From the IMG/VR virus record IMGVR_UViG_3300024313_000600: a stretch of 20,000 nucleotides of DNA. One strand, written 5' to 3'. The translations under genes were made by a program, and so were the position numbers. Below are positions 7,849-16,616 of the stretch, one piece after another. Each line of letters opens with the position of its first letter. Position 1 is the first letter of the stretch. Under the pieces are notes generated by a model, which saw only the letters and a list, made by a program, of their open reading frames with translations, searched no databases and was not told where the DNA came from. This stretch comes from an uncultured virus (IMG/VR IMGVR_UViG_3300024313_000600). Its lineage: Duplodnaviria > Heunggongvirae > Uroviricota > Caudoviricetes.

Positions 7849-9867
7849 ATGGGAGAAATATATCCAGACGAGGAGAATATCAAAAAAGGAAAAAGGAAAG
7901 GGCAAAAGGTTAATAATTTAACAGTACTTGAAACTTATGGTACCAATGTAACACAGTTAGCAATAGATAATAAGCTTGATCCTGTTATTGGTAGAGAAGA
8001 TGAAATATTAAGAGTAGTACAAATTTTAGGTAGGCGAAGAAAAAACAACCCGGTTTTAGTAGGAGAACCTGGTGTAGGTAAAACTGCGATAGTTGAAGGA
8101 TTAGCATCTCGTATAATTGAAGGTACTGTTCCTGTTACATTACAAGGAAAAATTATATACACATTAGAATTATCAACAATAGTTGCAGGTACAAAATACC
8201 GTGGTCAGTTTGAGGAAAGAATGAAAGCCATTGTTGATGAATTGGTAGAAAACCCTGATGTAATAATCTTTATTGACGAATTACATACTATCATGGGGGC
8301 TGGTGGTTCTACTGGATCTTTGGATGCTTCAAATATTATTAAGCCTGCATTAGCTCGTGGGGAAATCAGATGTATAGGTGCAACCACCTTTGATGAATTT
8401 AGAGAAAGTATTGAAGAAGATGGTGCATTAGATAGAAGGTTTCAGAAGGTTGTAATTGAGCCTCCAACATTAGAAGAAACTATTGAAATTTTATCTCACC
8501 TAAGACATAAGTATTCTGATTTTCATAACGTGAATTATTCTGATGAAATTATTCAAATGATAGTAAAGGTTGCCGATCAATATATGATGGATAGGTACTT
8601 CCCTGATAAAGCTGTTGATATTTTAGATGAGGTAGGTTCTTATAAACATTTAAAACATATTAAGATTCCTAAAAAGATAAAATCTCTAGAATCTAAATTA
8701 ATAGAAAAGGAAAAGGAAAAGAAAGATGCAGTTAAATCTCAGAGTTACGAAGTAGCTGCTAGGATGAGAGATGCATGTTTAAATTTAAAAGGCAAAATTG
8801 AAGAAGAATACAAATCTTGGAAGACTGAATTGGCCGAAGTAAAAATGGAAATTACCGAAGATGATATTCTTTATGTAATATCTAAAGCAACCGGTATACC
8901 AGTAGAAAAGATTACTGATAAAGAACACAAGAACTTATTAGGAATCAATAAACATTTATCCTCAAAGGTAATTGGTCAAGAAGAAGCTATTAATAAAATA
9001 TCGATGACCATCCAAAGAAACCGAGTGGGTATTAGAAAACGAGATAGGACTATGGGTAATTTTATTTTCTTAGGACCTACTGGTGTTGGTAAAACTCAAT
9101 TGGCAAAAGAGTTAAGTTCTTATATGTTTAATTCTAATGAAGATCTTATTAGAGTGGATATGACTGAATATATGGAATCTCATTCTGTTTCTAAATTGAT
9201 TGGATCACCACCTGGTTATGTAGGTCATGAATCTGGTGGGTTTCTAACAGAGCAGGTGAAAAGAAAACCGCACTCTGTTATATTATTTGATGAAATAGAA
9301 AAAGCTCATCCAGAGGTCTTTAATGTATTACTTCAAATGTTAGACGATGGTTACTTAACAGATTCACTAGGAAGAAGTATTGATTTTAGAAATTGTTTAG
9401 TTATCTTAACATCTAATACTGGATCTAGAAAAGTACAAGATTTTGGGAGCGGTATAGGATTTGGTACAAAAACAGTAGCCGAAGAACAACAAGCAGAAAA
9501 AGATATTATTAATAAAGCATTAAAGAAAAAGTTTGCACCAGAATTTTTAAATAGAATAGATGAGGTTATAGTTTTTAATTCCTTAACTAAAAAAACAGTA
9601 ATGTCAATTTTAAATAAAGAATGTAAAGAACTTGCAGAAAACTTAAATGATGTAGGTGAATATGTTCTTAAAATAAATAAAGCTGCAAAGAATATAATCT
9701 TAGAACAAGGATTTGATCCAAAGTATGGGGCAAGACCATTAAGAAGGTCATTGGAAAGATTAATTGAAAATCCTGTTGCAGAAATGATTCTTAAAAAGGA
9801 AATTTCTGAAGGTGACATTATAAATATAACTGCAACAAAAGGAGAACTTAAAATAACTAAAGGTTAA
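7849..9867 (+). CDS. clpC: ClpC-type Hsp100 ATPase lacking the N-terminal Clp-repeat domain
   Basis: D1: LDPVIGR, RRRKNNPVLVGEPGVGKT, FIDELH; UVR-type M-domain (DAVKSQSYEVAARMRD); D2: GPTGVGKT, LFDEIEKAHP, GIGFG ClpP-binding loop, YGARPLRR. Confidence 0.9.
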   Translation: MGEIYPDEENIKKGKRKGQKVNNLTVLETYGTNVTQLAIDNKLDPVIGREDEILRVVQILGRRRKNNPVLVGEPGVGKTAIVEGLASRIIEGTVPVTLQGKIIYTLELSTIVAGTKYRGQFEERMKAIVDELVENPDVIIFIDELHTIMGAGGSTGSLDASNIIKPALARGEIRCIGATTFDEFRESIEEDGALDRRFQKVVIEPPTLEETIEILSHLRHKYSDFHNVNYSDEIIQMIVKVADQYMMDRYFPDKAVDILDEVGSYKHLKHIKIPKKIKSLESKLIEKEKEKKDAVKSQSYEVAARMRDACLNLKGKIEEEYKSWKTELAEVKMEITEDDILYVISKATGIPVEKITDKEHKNLLGINKHLSSKVIGQEEAINKISMTIQRNRVGIRKRDRTMGNFIFLGPTGVGKTQLAKELSSYMFNSNEDLIRVDMTEYMESHSVSKLIGSPPGYVGHESGGFLTEQVKRKPHSVILFDEIEKAHPEVFNVLLQMLDDGYLTDSLGRSIDFRNCLVILTSNTGSRKVQDFGSGIGFGTKTVAEEQQAEKDIINKALKKKFAPEFLNRIDEVIVFNSLTKKTVMSILNKECKELAENLNDVGEYVLKINKAAKNIILEQGFDPKYGARPLRRSLERLIENPVAEMILKKEISEGDIINITATKGELKITKG

Positions 9868-9892
9868 ACAAATTAAGTTTTTTACATATAAA
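9864..9892 (+). promoter_or_regulatory. Putative promoter class B: TTAAAC-N17-TATAAA
   Basis: Overlaps the clpC stop; upstream of small ORF 9909 and the IMPDH/GMPR gene. Confidence 0.5.
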
Positions 9893-9908
9893 AATAAACA
9901 GTAATACA

Positions 9909-10055
9909 GTGACAAGCACAGATCAACAAAACAATGGCAATCCTCATACACACGAGACGAGAAATACTTTTAATAAAAAGGTTGCTAAGTATAGTATGCT
10001 AGGTAAGAGTAAGAAAGTTCAGTGGAGTGATAAGAGAAGATTTCGTAACATTTAA
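9909..10055 (+). CDS. Small basic hypothetical protein (48 aa, GTG start; not in the ORF track)
   Basis: Manual translation MTSTDQQNNGNPHTHETRNTFNKKVAKYSMLGKSKKVQWSDKRRFRNI; fills the gap between the class B motif and ATG 10067. Confidence 0.6.
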   Translation: MTSTDQQNNGNPHTHETRNTFNKKVAKYSMLGKSKKVQWSDKRRFRNI

Positions 10056-10066
10056 TCTAAATAAGA

Positions 10067-11092
10067 ATGACATATTTAACATATGATGACATACAATTAG
10101 TACCTGCATTCTCAGGTATTAAATCAAGACAATCAATTGATCTTACAACAAAACTTTCTAAAAAATATTCAATTCGTATACCTATAGTAGGATCTCCTAT
10201 GGATACGGTTTGTGAAAGTGAAATGGCATTTAAACTTTATCAGCTAGGTGGAGTTGGATGTATTCATAGATTTAATACTATTAAAGAACAGTGTGATGAG
10301 ATAACTAAACTCATAACTTTAATTAATTCTTATCATAATAATAAAGTACCTTTAACTATTCCTATTATGGCTGCAATTGGAGTTCAAGAAGATGATAAGA
10401 TAAGGGCTAAAGAATTAGTAATTAATGGAGCTAAGGTTCTTTTAATTGACGTTGCACACGGTGATCACCAAAATGTTATAGATATGACAAAATGGTGTAA
10501 AGATAATTTACCTAGTCATGTAGATATTATTGCAGGTAATATTGCAACAGCAGAGGCAGCCGAACGATTACAAGATGCAGGTGCAGATGGTTTACGGGTA
10601 GGTATTGGTGGTGGCTCTTTATGTACTACAAGAATCAAAACTGGATTTGGTGTACCTAATGTTACTTGCCTTGAAGAAATATCTAAAGTTGCAACAGTTC
10701 CTATTATGGCAGATGGTGGAATTAGAAGTAGCGGAGATATTGCAAAGGCATTAGCAGTTGGTGCTGATAATGTAATGTTAGGTTCTCTTCTCGCTGGTAC
10801 TTTAGAATCACCAGGCCAAATGGTTGAAAAAGGTAATGCTCTTTATAAAAGATACAGAGGATCTGCTTCTTTAGAAACAAAGACTACTCATGGGCAAGCA
10901 CAAAGAAATGTAGAAGGAGAATCTACAATTATTCCATTTAAAGGTGGTGTCAAATATATAATCAAAGGTTTAACCGATGGTGTAAGATCTGCTTTATCAT
11001 ATGCAGGAGCCAAAGAAATAAAATCATTTTTCCCCGAATATGTACAAGTTACTAATGCTGGGCAGAATGAAGCAAAACCACATCTATTATGA
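10067..11092 (+). CDS. IMPDH/GMP reductase family oxidoreductase without CBS domains; more likely GMP reductase-like
   Basis: SPMDTV, IDVAHG, GNIAT, GIGGGSLCTTR (catalytic Cys), ADGGI, YRGSAS, VEG; no CBS insert; no Arg-Tyr dyad between YRGSAS and VEG. Confidence 0.85.
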   Translation: MTYLTYDDIQLVPAFSGIKSRQSIDLTTKLSKKYSIRIPIVGSPMDTVCESEMAFKLYQLGGVGCIHRFNTIKEQCDEITKLITLINSYHNNKVPLTIPIMAAIGVQEDDKIRAKELVINGAKVLLIDVAHGDHQNVIDMTKWCKDNLPSHVDIIAGNIATAEAAERLQDAGADGLRVGIGGGSLCTTRIKTGFGVPNVTCLEEISKVATVPIMADGGIRSSGDIAKALAVGADNVMLGSLLAGTLESPGQMVEKGNALYKRYRGSASLETKTTHGQAQRNVEGESTIIPFKGGVKYIIKGLTDGVRSALSYAGAKEIKSFFPEYVQVTNAGQNEAKPHLL

Positions 11093-11298
11093 AAAACTTT
11101 TTAAATAACAAATATGTAAGATTGATTTTTAGTATAGCAATCATGGGATCTGCTATCCCTTCTATCTATGAAGATTTTACCTATGGGCACCAAGGAACCT
11201 GGACTCATTATGGTATGGGTTTAGTTGGAATTTTATACTTTATTGAATCATTACTTTGGACTTTAGACTTATGGACAGACAACTCAAAAAAGAATTAG
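11089..11298 (+). CDS. Small membrane protein (two hydrophobic segments)
   Basis: 69 aa; ATGA overlap with the upstream gene; hydrophobic LIFSIAIMGSAIP and GMGLVGILYFIESLLW. Confidence 0.65.
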   Translation: MKNFLNNKYVRLIFSIAIMGSAIPSIYEDFTYGHQGTWTHYGMGLVGILYFIESLLWTLDLWTDNSKKN

Positions 11299-11648
11299 AA
11301 ACCTTTGAAGATTTAATTTTCGATGGAAAGGAAATAAACACAGATGACTTTTATCTATTAAAGAAAAAGCTTTTAAAGAAAGAAGAATTAGAATTACTTG
11401 AAATTCATTTATTATTAGAAGCAATGCTAGATAAAAGAAATGATAAGTTAATGAATAGGAGACTGAACATTCTTACTATTTGGTCAACTATATTTTTACC
11501 TCTATCATTTTATACTGGTTTATGGGGAATGAACTTTGATGATGTACCTTTAATATCAGATGATAATGGGTTTTGGGTATTTTCTGGATTAACTGCAGTA
11601 ACAGTTTTAGGAATGTGGTTATATTTTAAAAAGAATAAATGGATTTAG
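11271..11648 (+). CDS. Mini CorA-family (GMN motif) divalent cation transporter-like protein
   Basis: LNILTIWSTIFLPLSFYTGLWGMNF TM1 with GMN signature, TM2 and basic tail YFKKNKWI; start at 11271 (MDRQL) or 11256. Confidence 0.8.
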   Translation: MDRQLKKELETFEDLIFDGKEINTDDFYLLKKKLLKKEELELLEIHLLLEAMLDKRNDKLMNRRLNILTIWSTIFLPLSFYTGLWGMNFDDVPLISDDNGFWVFSGLTAVTVLGMWLYFKKNKWI

Positions 11649-11652
11649 ATAA

Positions 11653-12711
11653 ATGAAAGTAGTTAATTTTCCTGCACACAAATATGATTTATTAGAAGGT
11701 GGTTGGCCTGATGTATATTTTAATCTATGGAAAGCTTTTCATGAATTAGGGTGGGAAATTAGGATAAGCCCTTGGTTTTGTTCTTATAATAACGGCGTAC
11801 AAGAACATGTGTATATAGAGAGAAAGATAAGAGATACTATTTTACCTGAATATGTAAATGTTGGGATTACTGATAATCCTAATCACCTTTATATTTTTAA
11901 TCATATTCATAAATATGGAATTAGAAAAAATAATAATCCTAAAGGAAACTATAATTTATTTATAAAACCGTCAGGGCCAGGTGCTGATCATTTTACTATA
12001 GATGAATTAGGATATGCAGCACATAGCAGTATAACATACAAAAAGCCTAATTACGAATCAACACCATACATAGATTTTTTTAATAATACACTACCTCATT
12101 GGATTAACGATAAGATAAACAAATGGGATACTGATAATAATGTACAAGAATTTTCTAAACCTTCTGTTGAATTACCAGAGAATCATATTTTATTTGTAGG
12201 GCAAATGCCAGGAGATGAAACATGTTCTATATTTTCATTTGGTGATCATTGGCATAAGTTTAAAACATTGGTAGAGGTTTTAGAAACCGATGATCCTGTA
12301 GTTATTAAACTCCACCCATATATGAAACATGAAAATGCAAAAGCTTGGGCAGAATCTGATATGATTCAATTAGATAATGTTATAAAACATTGGGAAAGTC
12401 TAGGTCATATTGTATTACAAGGATTTGAATCTATTCATGATGTTTTGCCTAAAAGTAAAGTTGCTATAATAGAATGTAGTAGCGCAGGAATAGAATGTTT
12501 AATGCATAACGTTCCTATAATTAGTTACGGATATCCAGAATATCATTGGGTTACTAAAGATTTAAGACATGCAATAAACTTAACAAAATATACAAAAGAT
12601 TTAAGTTGGTATAATGAACACGAAGCAAAGTCTTGGATGGCTTGGTATGCTACTGATTATTTATGTACTGATTTTAAATCAACCTTACACAGATTAAAAC
12701 AATTAATATGA
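11653..12711 (+). CDS. Capsular polysaccharide biosynthesis KpsS/KpsC-like GT-B glycosyltransferase
   Basis: LFVGQMPGD, VVIKLHP and SIHDVL...ECSSAGIECLMHNVPIISYG resemble the Capsule_synth family motifs (Q..D, HP, NSxxGxEAL). Confidence 0.65.
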   Translation: MKVVNFPAHKYDLLEGGWPDVYFNLWKAFHELGWEIRISPWFCSYNNGVQEHVYIERKIRDTILPEYVNVGITDNPNHLYIFNHIHKYGIRKNNNPKGNYNLFIKPSGPGADHFTIDELGYAAHSSITYKKPNYESTPYIDFFNNTLPHWINDKINKWDTDNNVQEFSKPSVELPENHILFVGQMPGDETCSIFSFGDHWHKFKTLVEVLETDDPVVIKLHPYMKHENAKAWAESDMIQLDNVIKHWESLGHIVLQGFESIHDVLPKSKVAIIECSSAGIECLMHNVPIISYGYPEYHWVTKDLRHAINLTKYTKDLSWYNEHEAKSWMAWYATDYLCTDFKSTLHRLKQLI

Positions 12712-13646
12712 GTAAAATAATAGAAAACGAATTTAAGGATAAAGATTTTACAATAGACGAAAGATACCAAGAACTTTTGCAGACTATTTTAGATTATGGT
12801 AAAGATAAAAAAGATAGGACTGGGACTGGTACAAAATCAATATTTGGATATACTATCAGATGGGATATGACACAAGGCTTTCCTTTGTTAACTACAAAGA
12901 AGATGCCAATGAAAACTATTGCTACTGAACTTAAGTGGTTCTTAAAAGGTGATACAAATATAAAATACTTACATGATAATAATTGTCATATATGGGATGG
13001 TGATTATAAAAAATCTGGTAGAACTGATGGTGATCTAGGTCCTATCTATGGTAAGCAGTGGAGAGATTGGAATGGAGAAGACCAAATAAAAAATCTAATC
13101 AATGAATTAAAAATTGATCCAGATAGTAGAAGGTTAATGGTATCAGCTTGGAATGTAGGTGAATTAGATAAAATGACTTTACCTCCATGTCATTATGGTT
13201 TTCAAATATACACAAAAGAGTTAAGCTTCCATGAAAGGTGGGCTCTATATTCTGATAAACCATACGACGGTAATGGTTTAGGTATGATAAATACTTTAGA
13301 CTTTATGGATGATAATGAAATACCAACCAGGTCAATTTCTTTAATGTGGAATCAAAGATCTGTTGATACATTCTTAGGTCTTCCATTTAACATTGCAAGT
13401 TATGCATTACTTTTAAAGATCATCGCACATGAGGTAAATATGATACCTGATCAATTGATTGGAAATCTAGGAGATGTACATTTATATAAAAATCATATAG
13501 AACAAGCAAAAGAACAACTTGAGAGAGATCCAATTATGTTACCTGAGCTTAATATAATTGCATCAGATATTTCAAAAGGCGAATTTGCATACGAACTTTT
13601 AGATTATGAAAGCCATAAATCTATTAAAGCACCTTTAAGTAATTAA
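12708..13646 (+). CDS. thyA: Thymidylate synthase
   Basis: DRTGTGT, FPLLTTKK, ELKWFLKGDTN, GPIYGKQWR, DSRR, LPPCH, QRSVD..LGLPFNIASY, GDVHLYKNH. Confidence 0.97.
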   Translation: MSKIIENEFKDKDFTIDERYQELLQTILDYGKDKKDRTGTGTKSIFGYTIRWDMTQGFPLLTTKKMPMKTIATELKWFLKGDTNIKYLHDNNCHIWDGDYKKSGRTDGDLGPIYGKQWRDWNGEDQIKNLINELKIDPDSRRLMVSAWNVGELDKMTLPPCHYGFQIYTKELSFHERWALYSDKPYDGNGLGMINTLDFMDDNEIPTRSISLMWNQRSVDTFLGLPFNIASYALLLKIIAHEVNMIPDQLIGNLGDVHLYKNHIEQAKEQLERDPIMLPELNIIASDISKGEFAYELLDYESHKSIKAPLSN

Positions 13647-13672
13647 ACAAATGTACAATTAAACCATATAAT
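13643..13672 (+). promoter_or_regulatory. Putative promoter class B: TTAAAC-N18-TATAAT
   Basis: Overlaps the thyA stop; 15 nt upstream of ATG 13688. Confidence 0.45.
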
Positions 13673-13687
13673 AATAAACAAGATAAT

Positions 13688-14770
13688 ATGAGATTACATA
13701 TAGTAGGATGCCCAAGAAACGCATCAACAAAAGAAATTCCGATGGATCCTTATGCAAGTGTAAGTTATTATTTAACTACTTATTTGCATAGAAATAACCA
13801 CGAGGTTCATTATTACGGTTATTCAGAGTCTACGGTAGAATGCACAAAGAAATGGCCGTGTGCAGATAAAAAACATTTAGAGAAGTATTTTGTTACTAAA
13901 GATATTGCTAATACACATTGGCAAGATAATAATGAAGGTAAGCGAATCTTTGATGAAAAAGCATCAGAATTAATTTTAAGTAATTATAAACCAGGAGACC
14001 TTATTTTATGTATGTGGACACCTGCGTGCTCGGTGGTTAAGAATAAGTTATCTAATGCAGGATTCCAAGATGTTAAGGTTATTGATGCTCATATAGGTCA
14101 TAGACATCCTGATGAATCTACACCTTATAGAGTTTTTGCTTCATACTCAAACCAACATTACTGTATGGGCTATCATGAACGTGATGATTATCATTTATGG
14201 CATGAAACTACTATTTACCCTATGGCGAGTTGTTTAGATGATTTTTCATACAGAGAAGATAAAGATGATTATCATTTATTTATGGGAAGAACGAATACAA
14301 CAAAAGGTATTACAATATTTTTAGATCTTGCTAGGCACTTCCCTAATGAAAACTTTATATTAGCTGGTCAAGGTGGTCTAGGCCAAGTAGGAAACAAATT
14401 ACCTGATAATGTAAAGCATGTAGGATTGCTTAATAGGGAAGATAGAAAAGAATATTTATCAAAAGCTAAATCTGTAATATCCCCTTCTTATTATGCAGAA
14501 CCATTTGGATTAACTTCAGTAGAAGCTCAACTATCAGGAACCCCAATTATTTGTACTGATCATGGTGGATATACAGAATCAGTAATTCAAGGAGTTACTG
14601 GTTTTAGGTGTTCATACTTTAAAGATTTTGTTAATGCAATAGAATCTATAAATACTATTGACCCTAAGGATTGTAGAAAAAATGGTGAAAGGTTTACCGC
14701 TGAAGCTTTAATTAAAGATTGGGATAATTATTTAGATAGAGTAAAAAGAGGATGGTATGATTTAGATTAA
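13688..14770 (+). CDS. GT-B fold glycosyltransferase (GT4 family)
   Basis: LFMGR...KG, EPFGLTSVEAQLSGTPII (E-x7-E motif), GGYTESVIQGVTGF. Confidence 0.88.
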   Translation: MRLHIVGCPRNASTKEIPMDPYASVSYYLTTYLHRNNHEVHYYGYSESTVECTKKWPCADKKHLEKYFVTKDIANTHWQDNNEGKRIFDEKASELILSNYKPGDLILCMWTPACSVVKNKLSNAGFQDVKVIDAHIGHRHPDESTPYRVFASYSNQHYCMGYHERDDYHLWHETTIYPMASCLDDFSYREDKDDYHLFMGRTNTTKGITIFLDLARHFPNENFILAGQGGLGQVGNKLPDNVKHVGLLNREDRKEYLSKAKSVISPSYYAEPFGLTSVEAQLSGTPIICTDHGGYTESVIQGVTGFRCSYFKDFVNAIESINTIDPKDCRKNGERFTAEALIKDWDNYLDRVKRGWYDLD

Positions 14771-14778
14771 TTATAATC

Positions 14779-14808
14779 TTTCAGAATCTAATTATTTTTG
14801 TTATATTT
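14779..14808 (+). promoter_or_regulatory. Putative promoter class A: TTTCA-N18-TATATTT
   Basis: Intergenic upstream of uvsE; also shares CTTTCAGAA with the 7796 copy. Confidence 0.55.
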
Positions 14809-14825
14809 TAATAAAATAACAATAT

Positions 14826-15797
14826 ATGAATTCAAATACTCAACTAGGATACTGCTGTATCAATTTACATTTACGAAATATACCTATTACTGTAAACCGT
14901 ACATGTAGAAAGATTACATTTCAGCAAAAAGGCATGTCTCATGTCAGCAACCTAGCATTACAAAATATCAGAGATCTTATTGAGATAATCAAATGGAATG
15001 ACAAGAACGGCTTCAAGGTATATCGCATGTCATCGGATATGTTTCCTTGGATGTCAGAGTATGAGCTCAATGAATTACCAGACTTCAAAAAGATATCAAT
15101 ACTTCTAAAAGGTGCAGGTACATTGGCTCAAAAATATGGCCAAAGATTATCTTTCCATCCAGGCCCTTTCAATGTATTAGGTTCTCCTAATCCTGTATTG
15201 GTTGAAAAAACTCAAAAAGAGCTAAACCAAACAGCAGAGATCATGGATCTTATGGGTCTTCCACAATCTCACTTCTATCCTATCAATATCCACTGCAATG
15301 GTGTATACGGTGACAAAATGGCTACTATGGGTAGATGGGCCTCTAATTATCTCAATTTGTCTAAATCTGCTCAAGCCAGGTTAGTTGTAGAGAATGATGA
15401 CAAAGGCAGTATGTATTCTGTACAGGATCTCCACGACGGTATTTTCTCAGCAGTAAAAGTACCTATTACATTTGATTTTCACCATCACCGTTTTCAGCCA
15501 GGTGGTTTATCTGAGCAAAAAGCTTTTGAATTGGCAATGAGTACTTGGCATCATCATAATGTAAAACCATTATTTCATTATTCTTCATGTCGCCGTACAT
15601 TCGAAGATCCTAAATGTAAAGCACAAGCTCATGCTGATATGGTATACGAGAAGATCAATGACTACGGTCATGCTGTAGACATCGAGGTAGAAGCAAAAGC
15701 AAAAGAAGTGGCCGTCTTAAAATACAGAGAAGAACATACTTCTCTATTAGAAAAATATTTACCTTTTGATAGACAAGAGAAATTAGAATTAATTTAA
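14826..15797 (+). CDS. uvsE: UV DNA damage endonuclease (UvdE/UvsE family)
   Basis: LGYCCIN, YRMSSDMFP, RLSFHPGPFNVLGSP, INIH, RLVVENDD, FDFHHH, HYS, AHAD, EVEAKAKE. Confidence 0.93.
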   Translation: MNSNTQLGYCCINLHLRNIPITVNRTCRKITFQQKGMSHVSNLALQNIRDLIEIIKWNDKNGFKVYRMSSDMFPWMSEYELNELPDFKKISILLKGAGTLAQKYGQRLSFHPGPFNVLGSPNPVLVEKTQKELNQTAEIMDLMGLPQSHFYPINIHCNGVYGDKMATMGRWASNYLNLSKSAQARLVVENDDKGSMYSVQDLHDGIFSAVKVPITFDFHHHRFQPGGLSEQKAFELAMSTWHHHNVKPLFHYSSCRRTFEDPKCKAQAHADMVYEKINDYGHAVDIEVEAKAKEVAVLKYREEHTSLLEKYLPFDRQEKLELI

Positions 15798-15805
15798 AAA
15801 AAACT

Positions 15806-16108
15806 ATGATACAAGTTCTTAAAACAAAACCAATGAAAAGTACTACAAAAGTTGAAGGACTTTTGGTACAAATGGACAATAAACAATGGTATGCAATTAC
15901 CCGTATGCAACCTGCTAGGTTCGGTTGGTACTTAAGGTGTGGGCCGTGCACCACATCAGGAAAGATGGATTTACTAAATGACATTCTTTATATGGTACCT
16001 ACCAAAACAAAGGAAGATTTTCAGATCGGTATTGATCTTTTAGTTGATATTCTTAACGGTAAAAAGGAAGCAGTGATTGATATGCCTAATTATAACCAAC
16101 GATTCTAA
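15806..16108 (+). CDS. Hypothetical protein (alternative start 15833)
   Basis: 100-aa ORF with A-rich leader, on the coding strand. Confidence 0.65.
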   Translation: MIQVLKTKPMKSTTKVEGLLVQMDNKQWYAITRMQPARFGWYLRCGPCTTSGKMDLLNDILYMVPTKTKEDFQIGIDLLVDILNGKKEAVIDMPNYNQRF

Positions 16109-16178
16109 ATTGTTAATAACTTTTAGAAAAAAGTTGTGAAATAATTTTCAATTCCCAACTATTTTGATTATATTTATA
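16104..16178 (+). repeat. 75-bp direct repeat, copy 1, containing a class A promoter motif (16146-16175)
   Basis: First 31 bp (TCTAAATTGTTAATAACTTTTAGAAAAAAGT) identical to 17275-17305; also shares TTTTCAATTCCCAAC and TTGATTATATTTATA. Confidence 0.9.
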
Positions 16179-16213
16179 ATATATTAATTCAAACTATATT
16201 AAAAACAATCAAC

Positions 16214-16615
16214 ATGGTAAAAACGGAAATCACAACATTTAACAAGGCTAATCTACAAGTCCTAAGAACTGAAATCGACAACGCTCTTAAAGCTGTAGAA
16301 AATCAATTTGGAATCAAATTACATGCAGGTAACGCATCATTCTCTGGAAATGAGGTAACCTTTAAATTAAAGGGAAATACTATCAGTGAAGGTGGAGAAG
16401 CAATTACAAAAGAAGCAATGGATTGGAACCGCCACAAAGGATTACACGGCATGGATCATTTATCTGTAGGTGATCAAATTACAATCCAAGGTAAATCTTA
16501 TACCTTAACCGGATTCAATACAAGAGCAAGAAAGGCTCCAGTTAATTTTAAAGATTCTCTAGGAAGAGGTTACAAATGTTCTATGAGAATGTTACAAATG
16601 GAAAACTCTAAATAA
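16214..16615 (+). CDS. Hypothetical protein (early-type)
   Basis: 133-aa ORF directly downstream of repeat copy 1. Confidence 0.75.
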   Translation: MVKTEITTFNKANLQVLRTEIDNALKAVENQFGIKLHAGNASFSGNEVTFKLKGNTISEGGEAITKEAMDWNRHKGLHGMDHLSVGDQITIQGKSYTLTGFNTRARKAPVNFKDSLGRGYKCSMRMLQMENSK

Positions 16616-16616
16616 T

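Noticed and set aside
12708..14770. thyA next to glycosyltransferases as a T4-like hydroxymethyl-dC plus glucosylation DNA modification system
   Set aside because: The enzyme keeps the dUMP-specifying Asn (PFNIASY) and canonical ThyA motifs rather than the Asp of dCMP hydroxymethylases; no direct evidence for DNA modification
982..15984. Minus-strand ORFs in the track (982-1209, 5156-5488, 7935-8162, 8205-8387, 9351-9818, 9760-9951, 15655-15984)
   Set aside because: All lie wholly or mostly antisense to well-supported + strand genes and show shadow-ORF composition with no motifs
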